Origin: Klebsormidium nitens
Taxonomy: Eukaryota > Plantae > Klebsormidiophyceae
NCBI GenBank assembly: GCA_000708835.1
Contig: DF237048.1
Coordinates: 62,001-126,000 of the forward strand
Reading direction: 5' to 3'
DNA length: 64,000 bases
How positions within the stretch are numbered: the stretch's first letter is position 1; every line of letters starts with the position of its first letter. A program made the translations under genes and the position numbers. Shown here one piece after another: positions 1 through 12,000 of this stretch. The notes under the pieces are model-generated. The model saw only the letters and a program-made list of their open reading frames with translations. It was not told where the DNA came from and made no database searches.

Positions 1-129
1 CACTTAACTCATCAGAAGGTGATTGACTCCACTTCATTTTAGTAAGATCCTTTGATGCTACGTCTCTGGTCATATGGTCATGTTCCGCGTGTAACATTTG
101 GCAACCCACCCGCTCCGTTTCCGCTCCAG

Positions 130-270
130 CTCCGCTACCACTCGGAGCGGCCCCCCTCCGCGGCCGCGGATGCAGTCGCGCTGCGCGTCGCGCTGGCGCA
201 GCCGGCCGCCCGGGATGGCGACCTCGTCGAGGTTTTGGTGACTGAGAAACCAGACGAGGCGCTTCCGATC
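130..270 (+). repeat. Diverged upstream copy of acceptor plus first ~140 nt of exon 301-543
   Basis: CAG|CTCCGCTACCACTCGGAGCGG...GCGCAGCCGGCCGCCCGGGA closely matches CAG|GTCCGCTACCACTCCGAGCGC... located 171 nt downstream. Confidence 0.9.
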
Positions 271-300
271 CGCCCAATGACATTCCGCTTTCCGCCGCAG

Positions 301-1313
301 GTCCGCTACCACTCCGAGCGCCCCCCTTCCGCGCCCGCGGCCGCGGTCGCGCTGCGGGTCGCGCTGGCGCAGCCGGCCGCCCGGGAGGGCGACCTCGTCG
401 AAGTCCTGGTGACCCTGAATAATACAAAACCAGACGAAGAGCTGCCCATGACGGTCGCCATCGTCGGCCTGCCGGGGGGCCTCGAGCCGCGGCACGACCA
501 GCTCAAGGAGCTCGTGACACGTGGCGACGTCGCGTTTTACGAGGTATGGATCCTGCAACTCCCGGAAGCTCTCGGCTCTTTCGCCAGGGAGCTCAGTAAT
601 TGCCAGGTATCTTTGGTGGAAGGACAACGGAGCAAGTAAGCGGATCACTGCATTGGGGTGTCCTCCACGTCGGCTAGGAGGAGGTGCATTCAAGTGAAGC
701 GTGGTCATTCCAGCATGGCAGATAGGTGCATGATTGCACGAAAGAGCCGTCCAAGCGCTCAAGTCCGTTCTCTCGTCGACGCGGGAAGATGCGGTTTCCC
801 TAAATTGGCTGAGGCCTCCGCTTCTTACTGCGTTGTTGACACTCCGCTGAAGATACTGCGCTGTTAACGTCACGCCACTCATCTTCGAATACACCTGAAC
901 GTCCGATGGGCACGTTTCTTGGCGTCCTTATCGTTCTCTCCAACCGGAGCTTCCCTTGAATCTGGCATCTGTTACCAAGCCGTCACCTACTCGCAAGAAT
1001 CATTCAGTCCTCCAATCTCGCATCTGTTATCAAGCCATCACCTACTCGCAAGAATCATTCACTCCGCCAAGACGAGAAGAAGGAGCAGGTCCCTCAAAAG
1101 CTCCACTGTCCTTTTTGATTGCAGATCCGCGGCCGTGAGGTCATCTTCTACTGGCGCGCCCTGGCGGCCAATCAGACGGTGGCGCTGCGCGTGGAAACGA
1201 CGGCCGCGGTTCCGGGCGAGTACATCGGTCCCGCGTCGAGAGCGTATCTCTACTACACAGATGAGCTAAAGACGTGGGCGGAACCCCTGAAGTGCAGCAT
1301 CGCCCCAAAGTAG
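301..1313 (+). CDS. 3' end of an alpha-2-macroglobulin-like protein (bacterial/MG2-type C-terminal domain); exons 301-543 and 1125-1313; 5' part lies outside the window
   Basis: CAG|301 acceptor, 543|GTATGG donor, CAG|1125 acceptor, TAG at 1311-1313, phases match. Joined peptide ...PMTVAIVGLPGGLEPRHDQLKELVTRGDVAFYE/IRGREVIFYWRALAANQTVALRVETTAAVPGEYIGPASRAYLYYTDELKTW resembles the C-terminus of A2M-family proteins (recognised from memory, not searched). Confidence 0.8.
966..1070. repeat. Two-copy 55-bp tandem repeat in the A2M intron
   Basis: CATCTGTTA(C/T)CAAGCC(G/A)TCACCTACTCGCAAGAATCATTCA at 966 and 1021. Confidence 0.9.
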
Positions 1314-2816
1314 AGCCTCAGAGGAGATGCACTAGTTCAACCTGGAAAATTTGTGCATGATGTTTTGAGTAGAGGTTCACTCATATGACAAGCTGGTGAT
1401 CGTCTTACTTTCAGGAGAACAGGGTATTCTGATTGGCGGTACACTAGCATGCCAGACATCGTCGCCCCAGAAAAAATGATTTCTTTTTAGGGAGTTCGAA
1501 GATAAGAAAGGGTGACTTCACTTGCTTTGCCATAGATGTTCGCAAAGTAGGGCTTTATTACATGGCATACTCCCGGCACATGTACGATGTGAGTGGCTCC
1601 ACAACCAATATGATATGGTGGTTGTAATGTCCATAACAAAGAAGGCATGCGCCCGTCGTCTCGAGCAATTGTCCCCTCTGACCCAGGAGCCAATTGCTTA
1701 GACTGCAAACTCTGGCAGACCGTCGTCCATGCGGGTTACATGGTTTCCTCCAACAACATCGGGGCCCCCGAGCCGTGCATGAAAAACAATGGGGCCGGGA
1801 TCAAAGAAGGTTGGAACGCTTATTCTGATCATTATCGCGAATTTCGCGGCATATGGTACTATGGGCACATATAATTCTCGAATTAGCGTGATCATCCCGG
1901 CCAGATTTTCATACTAGGCTGCAAGCGCGCTAATCATTCATGAACTTTAATTAAGCTATTGAATGTCTTCGTACGTGTACGCACTTCGATTCTCCAGGCT
2001 GCTATGATATATATGTATACGACGTAAACTTATGATCATTGGTCACTGAGTAATTCTCGATACGGTACAATGATATGTATCTCTGATTGACATTGAGGCC
2101 TTGTGAGTTCTATTAAAGAAAAATTCTTGCAGTGCATCACTTCGTATGCATGATCGTACATCCAGTGACCACTATAGCTTGATCGAAACTGAATCACAAA
2201 GCGGCACTTGCTTTCGAAACTGGGTGATTTACTTCACCGATAATAGATCCTCATGCAAAAGAGCAGTATGGTTTGGAGATCGTCTATCAGTATGTACAGC
2301 CCGAACATCAAAGGCCACCGTATCGTCGGGAGATATTGCCGAGCAACGTAGGACGCGATTGACTGGCTATCGGAATCTGCTAAAGCGCCGCAAATGGTAC
2401 AATAGCGGGCGCACAGGCACACAAATTTGACATCACCAGCAAGTCACCTGTTCGTCGTGGCTTAGCTGAAATAGTTCATGGCCTTTCAGTATTCTTGGAC
2501 GCTAAAGTGTGTCAAAGCAGCAACTTGCCTACCACTAGAGCTTAACCCGAAATACTGGCTTTATTACTGATGAAGCTTACAACAGGTCGCGGCCGGGCAG
2601 CGAGCCACTGTATCTAAATCAGCAAGTCCTCGGGGTCCACTCTTACGAGGGCGCAAGGTGCCTTGCTTGGGACAGAAGCAAAGTTCGTACTCACCGCCAT
2701 AATCTCATCAACATAAGCACCCTTACTTTATGTTTTGGAACACAGACTCGAGGCCCGCAAGCCTCACCAGAACTGCTTACTTGAACCCAGACGTACTCAC
2801 TCTCGGAATCCCCTCG

Positions 2817-5489
2817 CTAATCGTACAGGCCATCTTGATCCCAGACGTCAACGAGAAAATCGACCATCTCCTGTTGGACAAAGCAGATATGCTATGTCAG
2901 CGGGGCAACATGAGCGCTCGACGCAGGTGACGTGGCGACCATAGCCTCAACGAGCTTCCACATAATGAAGTCCGTTCTGATCAATGGACAAAGTCAAGGG
3001 GGAAAGATTGGGCAAACTCCATGGTCTGCATGATGAACGTTGCATCTTTAATACCCGCCTACATAGGAGCCGTTTGTGTCTCGAGTTGTTTTTCCAGCAC
3101 GTATCTCGTACTGCAACAGCCTTTGACCAATGTGCTGCGAGGCAGAAGCTTACCGGAAGCGGTATTGGCTGTGCAAACGGTTGGCTGGTGGTCAACAGGT
3201 CTTCGTACGTAGCATCCGGGCTGCAGGCCAGGCGCACAAGCTGACTCAGACACGGACAGTTGGAGAGCTCTAGCGACTCGCATATGGCGCCATGTGTTGA
3301 GAAACTGATTGTTTACAGGGCTCTGTAAAGTCACATGTGGAATACCATGTGCGGATAGCAGCCTGATCCGCTTGTGTCAGACAGACACCGGTGTGCGCTG
3401 GGTCGAAAGTGGGAGAAGTTTTTCAGTTTCAATCGCTCATCTTCCGGTGAAACCAGAAGTCTGTATTGTTCAGAATCCGGACGCATGCCCAGGCTCTCCG
3501 AATCGCTCCCGGATGCTTTGGAGAAGGGCTTTGAACAGAATAAAAGAAGAAAGCTGTTTGACCAAGAAATGCACAAGCATCATGGAAACGAAAAGGGAAA
3601 GAGAAGCTTTTCTTCGAAACAGAGAGGCCAGAACTGCATTAGGTTAGTGACAAAGCCACTATGTAGATTTAGAGGCACCGCACGAATTGAAAAGTTGCAA
3701 GTGGTCGCCGAGAACGAGGCAGGGAGGACGGTGAACGCAATCTACTGATCTCTGTGGCGGACAGCCGGGGCCACGAGCTTTGGGACGAGCTCTCGCTTGC
3801 ACCAACCGTGCTTGCGCAGACAAAACTGATGTAGATCCACACGCAATCTGACGAGAAAGCAGGAGAACGAGCGCTTAAGCTCACCTGATCGCAGGCTGCC
3901 TCCGGGCGGGTCGTTGACGGGCCCGGTTGCCTACCCACTCGCGCCGCTGCTCTACCCACAGGTTATAAGCTGGAAGAAGCAGAAGGGAGAAAAGGTATAA
4001 GCACAGGGCAAAAAGAGAATATGTGGAAAGGAATGAGGTCAAGGAAAGTGGTTACGAGCAAACGGAAGATGCTTACAAGCCGGAGGAACAAGGCGATGGC
4101 AGCCAAGAGCAAAAAGGCGGAACAGGGAGGCAGAGAAGGGAGGCAAAAGCGCAAACAAGCAGGACAGAAGTAAGCAAGAGCTGACATTGCAATGATGCGG
4201 CCGACAGGAACCCGACTGGAGCAGCGAGCAGAGTCGACAGAATAGCATAGGATATTGGAACCAGGACGTACTGTCAAAGTTTTCCAAGCAATCCTGCGTG
4301 TTTTCCGGACTGGTTCATGTCTTTGGTATACTTGCATGCCCTTCCCTCTCTGTTCGCTTACCATCGTTAACAAAAGGCGCTGCACTTCCGCTTGCGTCCG
4401 CTTGTCGAGACTGCGGGAGTGCCTCCGCCCTCACGCCCGAACTGGTCGACGGCCCCGCCTCTGCTTGTCGAGCGCCTGACGACATCAAAGCGGCGTGTCA
4501 GCTTCGTGTACTTCACAAAAAACTTTCTTGCAGCAACAGACGATAAAAGGCATGGATTAAAACCGACATTTAGGTCTACTGACCCTAATCACGCGTCCTT
4601 AAGCTGGCGTATTATCCCGCTTTTGCCATAGCCGCTTTCTTTGCTTGCAGATTGCATAGACTTTCATTTTGCGCTTCGGAAAGACAATCACTCAACCTTG
4701 CTTACCTGCACTAACCCCTGCCTGCGCGCGCTCCCTCCTGAGTTCCGACATTGCGCTCGCTACCCCCCCTCCTGCCCCTCCCCCCNNNNNNNNNNNNNNN
4801 NNNNNNNNNNNNNNNNNNNNNNNNNNNNNNNNNNNNNNNNNNNNNNNNNNNNNNNNNNNNNNNNNNNNNNNNNNNNNNNNNNNNNNNNNNNNNNNNNNNN
4901 NNNNNNNNNNNNNNNNNNNNNNNNNNNNNNNNNNNNNNNNNNNNNNNNNNNNNNNNNNNNNNNNNNNNNNNNNNNNNNNNNNNNNNNNNNNNNNNNNNNN
5001 NNNNNNNNNNNNNNNNNNNNNNNNNNNNNNNNNNNNNNNNNNNNNNNNNNNNNNNNNNNNNNNNNNNNNNNNNNNNNNNNNNNNNNNNNNNNNNNNNNNN
5101 NNNNNNNNNNNNNNNNNNNNNNNNNNNNNNNNNNNNNNNNNNNNNNNNNNNNNNNNNNNNNNNNNNNNNNNNNNNNNNNNNNNNNNNNNNNNNNNNNNNN
5201 NNNNNNNNNNNNNNNNNNNNNNNNNNNNNNNNNNNNNNNNNNNNNNNNNNNNNNNNNNNNNNNNNNNNNNNNNNNNNNNNNNNNNNNNNNNNNNNNNNNN
5301 NNNNNNNNNNNNNNNNNNNNNNNNNNNNNNNNNNNNNNNNNNNNNNNNNNNNNNNNNNNNNNNNNNNNNNNNNNNNNNNNNNNNNNNNNNNNNNNNCCCC
5401 CTCTGCCGCTTCCGGGGGGCGCTGCGTTCCGTCGGGCCCTCCACAACTGCGGAGCGGGGGGAGCAGCGGGACAGAAGGTGCCCCGTCCA
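2817..5489 (-). CDS. DUF4050 / Gag1-like clamp protein, 5' end unresolved; exons 5489..(gap)..4706, 4475-4362, 3969-3885, 3220-3154, 2870-2817
   Basis: Phase-consistent GT-AG exons give ...APFVNDA/YNLWVEQRREWVGNRARQRPARRQPAIS/PDATYEDLLTTSQPFAQPIPLP/EMVDFLVDVWDQDGLYD*, matching the plant DUF4050 C-terminal signature (FVNHG.LW.Q.R..W...TYE.LL....PF..PIPL.EMV.FLVDVW..EGLYD). A probable further exon ends at 7970 (CFNCFSQGIIKQVHVS). Confidence 0.85.
4786..5396. other. Assembly gap (611 N) flanked by C-rich tracts
   Basis: Run of N seen directly in the sequence. Confidence 1.
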
Positions 5490-5615
5490 CTGCACAATTC
5501 CGCAGGAGGGGAGTAAGTATTGGTCCGAGAAATGTTCCAAGAACAGACGAGTGTTGGTTAGTACCGAGTTTCTGTTCCATTCAGCAAGTCCTAAGAGAAT
5601 GACACCAAATCTAGG

Positions 5616-5645
5616 GGGACAGAAGGTGCCCTCTCCATTGCACAA
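5616..5645 (-). repeat. Upstream decayed copy of the DUF4050 acceptor/exon start
   Basis: 27/30 identical to 5468-5497 (148 nt apart); the acceptor AG is changed to AA. Confidence 0.8.
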
Positions 5646-8600
5646 GGGCGCGGGGAGGAGGGGAAAGTGTGGAGAATTGCTCATATGATCGAGTCACTGT
5701 TCAGTTCTGCTTTTTTTAGGAGATTGGAATGATTGCAAGGGGGAATAGAAGGTGGTATGTTCATTGTGGAAGGGGGGGGGGCTAACATAACGCTTTGAAA
5801 ACTGTTCAAAAGCACGGGTGATTATCCACATGTTGAGTGACTGCTCTAATCAGTAAGTCCTGAGACCTCGGAGGCGAGAGAGGAATGGCGGAATGATCCA
5901 AAGTACGGGGGAGGGAAAACTACTTCGAGAACACTAATGTAAAAACACACTTCTATGAATATAAAAGGAAGGCCTTGGCACCATGGAAAGGTGAGCATGC
6001 AGCATGTGCCCGGTCTGCTGCAGGCACAAGGGAGATCGAAAGCAGTGGCAAAATAAAGTGCAAACTGACAGAAAACTGTAAATCTGAGTTTCTCATTGTA
6101 CCTCAACATAATGAGTAAAGTGTCAGAGGACAGAGACCTTTGCAATGAAGAAGGGACAAAGATACATTGCTTGTTGGCAGACACAGAAGAGTTGTGCAGG
6201 CAAGGAAACCTCATAACTTGGGAGGTGCTGGAAGGTTCAGGGAACCGTTGATTCCCAACACTTGGGCCTCGAACCACATACATGTGTGTGAGGAGCCAGG
6301 GAGATTCAGCAGCGATGGCAAAGCAGCAACACTGACATTTGCTTAACTCGAACAAGTTTGTCAAGACACGAGCAGGGATGGCATGGCGCACTGGTTGATT
6401 TGTGCTGCAAAACAATCTTGTGGGACCTGTTTGACCATGATGGCAAGGGCTGCAGTGATGGCTGGTCCGTTGCTTCATCGAGTTGCTAAATAAACCACCA
6501 GATTCTTAAGCACCTCTGAAGTCTAATGACAGCTAATTGCCTCCTCTAAGCAGCTAGTTCAGCTTGTAGACAGACAAACTGCTTGCAGCAAGAATTATGA
6601 CTGCTGACTACGGACAAACGGGAAGTCCTTGACTGGTGACTTTGTCCAGACAACTCCTCCTCCTGTGGCGCAAGTCGGCCACGGCAAATGACTATGTGGT
6701 TGCAGGATTGAAGTAAGAAGGACACAGCACTGTTGAGTATGCTGAGACTGAGTTCTTATTAAGAAAGGAGTTGCTTTGTCATCCTGGCAGAAAATCCAAG
6801 AAAGCGAAAATGGGTAGGCTACTGTATCAGGTTGGCCCAGTCAGACTACCTTTCTTGAATTTCCTAAGGAGGAGGACAGAAGGACAATGGTAGGACAAGG
6901 GGTCGGAAATCAAATGTCATCAAGCAGCCAGTTGCATCATAAGGCATGCGATAAGGCAGGCGATAACAGAATTGCAGCTTAAGCAATCAGACGAGCCCTT
7001 TCTACTCGAGTGTTCGCTGGCAGGTGCCAGCATGCAATGCTGACAAAAAGCGGAGACCATCTCACGCAGCCGAAACCCTATCCCACAATGAGTCTTCATC
7101 ACCACTCCTAGGACGGAGGTACATTAGCAGCTGGCACGTAGACTACTTAGGTTTGTTCAATACATGCCGGATTGACATTGAAAAGTTTCTGCAAAATTGA
7201 TATTGAGAATTGGTTGCATAACACCATATTAAGGTCAGGACCTAGAAATCAACAATGTTGCTCTCAAGCAGGTGTCCACATTTCCAAGTACTGAACAAGT
7301 GCAGCACCTGGTACCAAGAAAACTTCATCAAATGGAAGCGCTTTCAACCTGAGTCGGCATTTTCTGCAGAAGCTCTGCATTTGCTGGTCTTCCAGAACGA
7401 TTTGTCAGCTTTGAGCGATTTGTTCAACAACAAGCGTAGCAACACTTGAACATCAGAACGTGTGTGTAATTTTCTAAATCCGCTGCATACCAATAGAATC
7501 AAGAAGTACACCCATCGTTCCATCACAGGTACAAAACAGTCACAAGCAAGGACACAAGCATACTTAACGGCAACTGCACATTGAGCCGCGACTCACCAAA
7601 GATGGTATAAACGCTGGAGCTCCTGAACAGGGGATGGCTCTGGATTGCAAGCGCCGACTTGTGCACTGAATGACTTCGAGGGGGCTACAACTAGGTGCGG
7701 CTCCCGGCAGCACCGGGCGGACGAGAGCAGGGGCGTGCGGTGCCAGGGTTCACCTTAAAAGATACCAGGGTTGTCTTGGGAACCGGATTTGCTTTTACAC
7801 GGAGCTTGAAGGGCTGCAAGGCTGCCACTGAAAACCCTATGAACTCAGCAGTTTTGTTTCCACTCCCTTATGGAACCACTAACATCAGATTGTTCCAGCA
7901 GGAAGAGCAGGAGATGCTTGCCGGGACAAAACGCCCTGTTGGCCTTGCCCTAGCAACCTGCCCAAGTACCGGAGACATGCACTTGTTTAATGATCCCTTG
8001 CGAGAAGCAGTTGAAGCAGGTCTTCACCGGCAGCCTCTTTCAGAGCCTTTGAGCACAAACGCTGCTGACAGGTGGTTTCCTTTGCTTGCCAAAAGCCTGG
8101 AGAGGCGCCTCCTCCTTCCAAACCACACACAAATATCTGCTCGTCCTGCATTGAATTCGAAGTTGGACAAAAAGCGGAGTCCAAGTGACTCCAAGATGGC
8201 AGGCCGCAGGCTCTGCTTCTTGTTTGGCACAACCGGCGTCCGGGCACTTTCAACGTGCCAGAAGTGAGTTCACCGGGTGGTTTGAAATGGCATCATCTGG
8301 ATCGTTCGTTGAAAGATAGGCCGTTATTCGACGGCTCGGGTTTCAAGTCTGTCACGATAATCTTTCCCCGGTTAGAGGCAACTTCAAGTTTGGGCTTCTA
8401 AAAGTTCTACCGCTGAGCTTTTCGGCTCCCGGGCGTGCGGTCAAACAAAAGAGAAACAAGGGAACTCCCGCCTTTCTGCGAAAATCCAGGGAAGATCAGC
8501 GTATGCCAATGGTGTGATGCGTGTAGGTATACAGAGGATACTTCGCGTGCGCTACACTTTGCGTGAGCCGAGCTGGGAGCGCTAGCAAAAGTTTTCGTTT

Positions 8601-9098
8601 GTGGGACAACTCCCTCACTACCTGTAGCTGTAGTTCTGGCCGTGATGGGGCCCCATGAAACCCACCAAGGCTTCGTAAGTAGCCATACCATGCATCGGGA
8701 AGGAGGCGAGGATCATTGAATGTCTGAACGCAAGGTGGCGGTGCCGTAGCTGGAGCTGGCACAATGGTGTGTTTGTGCTCTGCTCTGAGAAATTGCCATC
8801 TTTCGGGGCTGCTGCTCGTATCCTTCTAAAGCAGCTTCTAGATGGGTTGCAGAACGCTTCCAGAAAGTGGCAAAGCTAGATCAACATAGTAACAATCTGC
8901 AGAAGGACATCGCTCAAGATTGAGCCCCCATTGAAGCCGCATCGCTCCGCGTGCCTGCGTTGGGCGATTGGAGTCTCCCAGAGCGGAGGGTTTGGAGCGA
9001 TCAACGGGCTTGGTGGGAGGCGGGGCCGGCGGCGGGGTTTAGGGTTTGGGAAAGCCCTGGCAGGGGTGCTGGTGGCTCTCTTGGGCAGGCGCTTCAAG

Positions 9099-12000
9099 AT
9101 GGCGTATAACGTGTTCCGCTTCTGCACAGTGAGTGATGGGCTTGGCCCTTTCCATATAGCTTGGTCGCCCTTTGATAGGCTACTGCGATGTGCAATTGGG
9201 GATTGGCGGTTAGGAAAGAGGGTTCCCTCTGGTTAGGAAGGTGGCTCTCCCTTGTTTGTGAAGGGTTTTGACGTGAGGCCAATATTTAAGTTTGCAGAGT
9301 GCACTCCATTATAGCTTTCAGATAGCTTTCACAATTCACCAGCCATTGAATGTTGTGTACGAAAGAGAAGGCCATTTGACTTGCTGAAAAATGGGACTTT
9401 CAATGGCATAGTAGCCAATGCATGTGGCGCTTCCTTCTCACAATGTTTTTCAGCGGCTATTCCGAGGAAGCACTTTACCCCCACACTTTTGCTATCTGGT
9501 TGCTCCTTATCTTTTACTTTCTCTTGAATCGATTTTCAAGATTTTGACAGGGCCGGCGCCGCCTGACTCTCTAGTCAAGCTGCAGCATTCGCACTGAACC
9601 TCAAAAATTTACCTTTGACCCATGTGCAGGTATGATGGTAGAAACCTTCACAAAACTTTTTAAATGTCTTCCCATTGATATGAATGATAAAGCTCAAACT
9701 TGCAGCCCCGCAAACCCTTTTCCCCTCCCTCTCTTTTTTAGCACTGGAATCTAGACAGTCTCTCAGGTTTAGCAATCACGCTTGTTTGAGTCTTATCTCT
9801 CGCATTCAGGAAACATCTATGAAACTTCATGCACAACACCCTTCTCGTCTCGGTTCTCGGTTCCTCGTTCTCCTTCGTCTGATCGATCAACATTTTCTTC
9901 TCGCGTCTCAGGGCCTGAAGGTGGTTGGATCTCTGATGATCCTGGTGGTCCTAGGAGTGGTTGGTGTATCGTACTATGCTGTTGTGGCGGCATCGTACGG
10001 GCCCGAGTTACTAGACGGGGGGGGCAAGGCAGCGGGGGCGCTCCTAGTGATCCTTGCGTTCCATGTGCTGGTGAGTTGCAGTTCTTCAATTTTTTTTCTC
10101 ACTCCTATGTTTTATCGACACAGTTCGTTTTTGAGGTAGACGTTGGGGCTTTGTACAGCGAAATAGACTGAAAAGCGTTCAATCGAACTTGTGCGGGCAA
10201 TTATCGGTGTCGCACTGTTTGCTCACGTGCGAAAGCAACTGGCTTTTTCAGACTGGCTGCACTTCGCTCTTAGGTTCAGCAAGCTTTGGTGCAAGATCAG
10301 CTTCTCTCACATGCTCGTTTTTATATTGCAAAAAACACTGCTCATCTTTACATCTTCTTTCAGAATGCAATGACCCCCGACTTTCGCCTCTCCTCCCTGC
10401 AGCTTTTCATGCTGCTCTGGTCGTACTTCGCCGTCGTTTTCACTGACCCTGGGGGGGTCCCTTCCGGCTGGCGGCCGCCCCCCCAGGAGCAGGACGAAGA
10501 GCTCGGGGAGACTGCGCCGTTTTCGGGGGCGGTTCCGTCCCAGGGGGCTCCAGACAGTGCTGCAGGGGACCCCCCCGGGGGAGCGGTTGGCGGCAGGCGG
10601 CCGCGGTACTGCAGGAAGTGCATGGCATTCAAGCCGGCGCGATGTCACCACTGCTCAGTTTGTGAGTGCCAACTTCGAACTGATAGACTTCTGCTGCTCC
10701 ATTCATTTTGCAGAGTCCTGCTGTTCCATTCATTTCCATGCAGTGCTCTGTGGTGCAAAACGTAGCCTGTTAAATTGTACGTCGGAAGTTTGCATGCCCC
10801 AATGAGCCGGGTGACGTCAAAAGCAGGAGGGGACGGGTATTATAGAACTTGCTTGCCGACCGGAGGCTAGCGGGTGAGCTGGAAGATGATCCAAGTCCAC
10901 GCAAGTCCGGGCTGATTTCCACATTCTGAGGAACAATGACCAGTTCGTTCAAAGGACGCCCCCGAAGTCTTGGGGCTCAAAATCTGAGGACCACTCCGAG
11001 TGGGATTGCTTACCAGAGAGAACTAGCTCGGATCAAATCGAGGGGCATAAAACTACTGCCCTCTTGAGAGCCCTTCATGTCAACTTTAGATCCTGGCTCT
11101 GTATCAAGTCTCGTTGAAAATTCGATTGTGCAGGTGGATCGAGGCTGATGTAGAGAGCTTTCTATGTGATCCATCAATATTTGTTTCCTAGAATAGTAGG
11201 TTTTTTTTTTTAAGGACGAAGGTGACCTTGGCTTGGTCCAGTGGAGGCTCTGGATAACTTCAAATCATGTCTCCTGGATCAACGAACATTCAGATCATTT
11301 TGGTCTCGGAACACTTTGCGACAAAGCTTTGGTTTGTCTGAACCCGCCGCCCTCTGTGTGCAGGCCAGCGGTGCATCCTCCGAATGGACCACCACTGCGT
11401 GTGGGTCGTCAATTGCGTCGGGGCCAAGAACTACAAGTTCTTCCTCTTGTTTCTGGTGAGCTTACGTAGCTCGACGGACAATTGCTAGTGGCACCCCAAG
11501 AGAACATCGAAGATAGCGGCAGTCCCACAGTGACAGAATTAGGTCAGCGGAGATTGACCAGTCGGCAAAAAAGGCAGCATAAGGAAAGCTGCCGAGAGCG
11601 CAGTCGCCGCGGGCCCATCGTGTCTTTTGAAACCTGGGTGCCTTTTTGGGACCACGAATTCGTTCGCTCATCTGTACTCTGGTTGCCCGACGCTCTCGGT
11701 TTTCTGCTGTTCATAAAAGGGCCTTTGTCCTCGGGACTCAAAACCAGGGCTTCAGAGTCCCAAGCAGACTTCGATAGGCGCATCCGGGCATCGCTCATGC
11801 TGCCCCTCTTCAGCATTCAAGTTGCAGAGGTCGTTCTACGAAGGGCAACATCTTACATCCGGCTATAGTGATAGTTGGCAAGAACCTGAGGAGAAGTGGT
11901 TTGAGAACCATTTTGCGCCACGTTCGGATGCACCTGGGATTCAGCTTATCCGTCTTCCCGCAGATCCATTTCTTGTCTAGCGATAGGGGCTGCGTCTTTT

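Noticed and set aside
70-894. 274-aa minus-strand ORF
   Set aside because: Antisense shadow of the GC-rich A2M exons; no recognisable motifs.
1490-1874. Two exon-like, protein-like segments (SSKIRKGDFTCFAIDVRK...; DCKLWQTVVHAGYM...WYYGHI)
   Set aside because: Splice phases could not be reconciled and no family recognised; left unannotated.
4641-5688. Long ORFs in all six frames
   Set aside because: Artefacts of the N run; only the minus-strand DUF4050 exon ends are supported.
7695-8267. 190-aa plus-strand ORF
   Set aside because: No homology signal; lies in the probable 5' region of the minus-strand DUF4050 gene.
9035-9047. GGGTTTAGGGTTT telomere-like motif (similar ones near 20943 and 45470)
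   Set aside because: Too short for a telomeric array; at most a telo-box, which cannot be supported from sequence alone.
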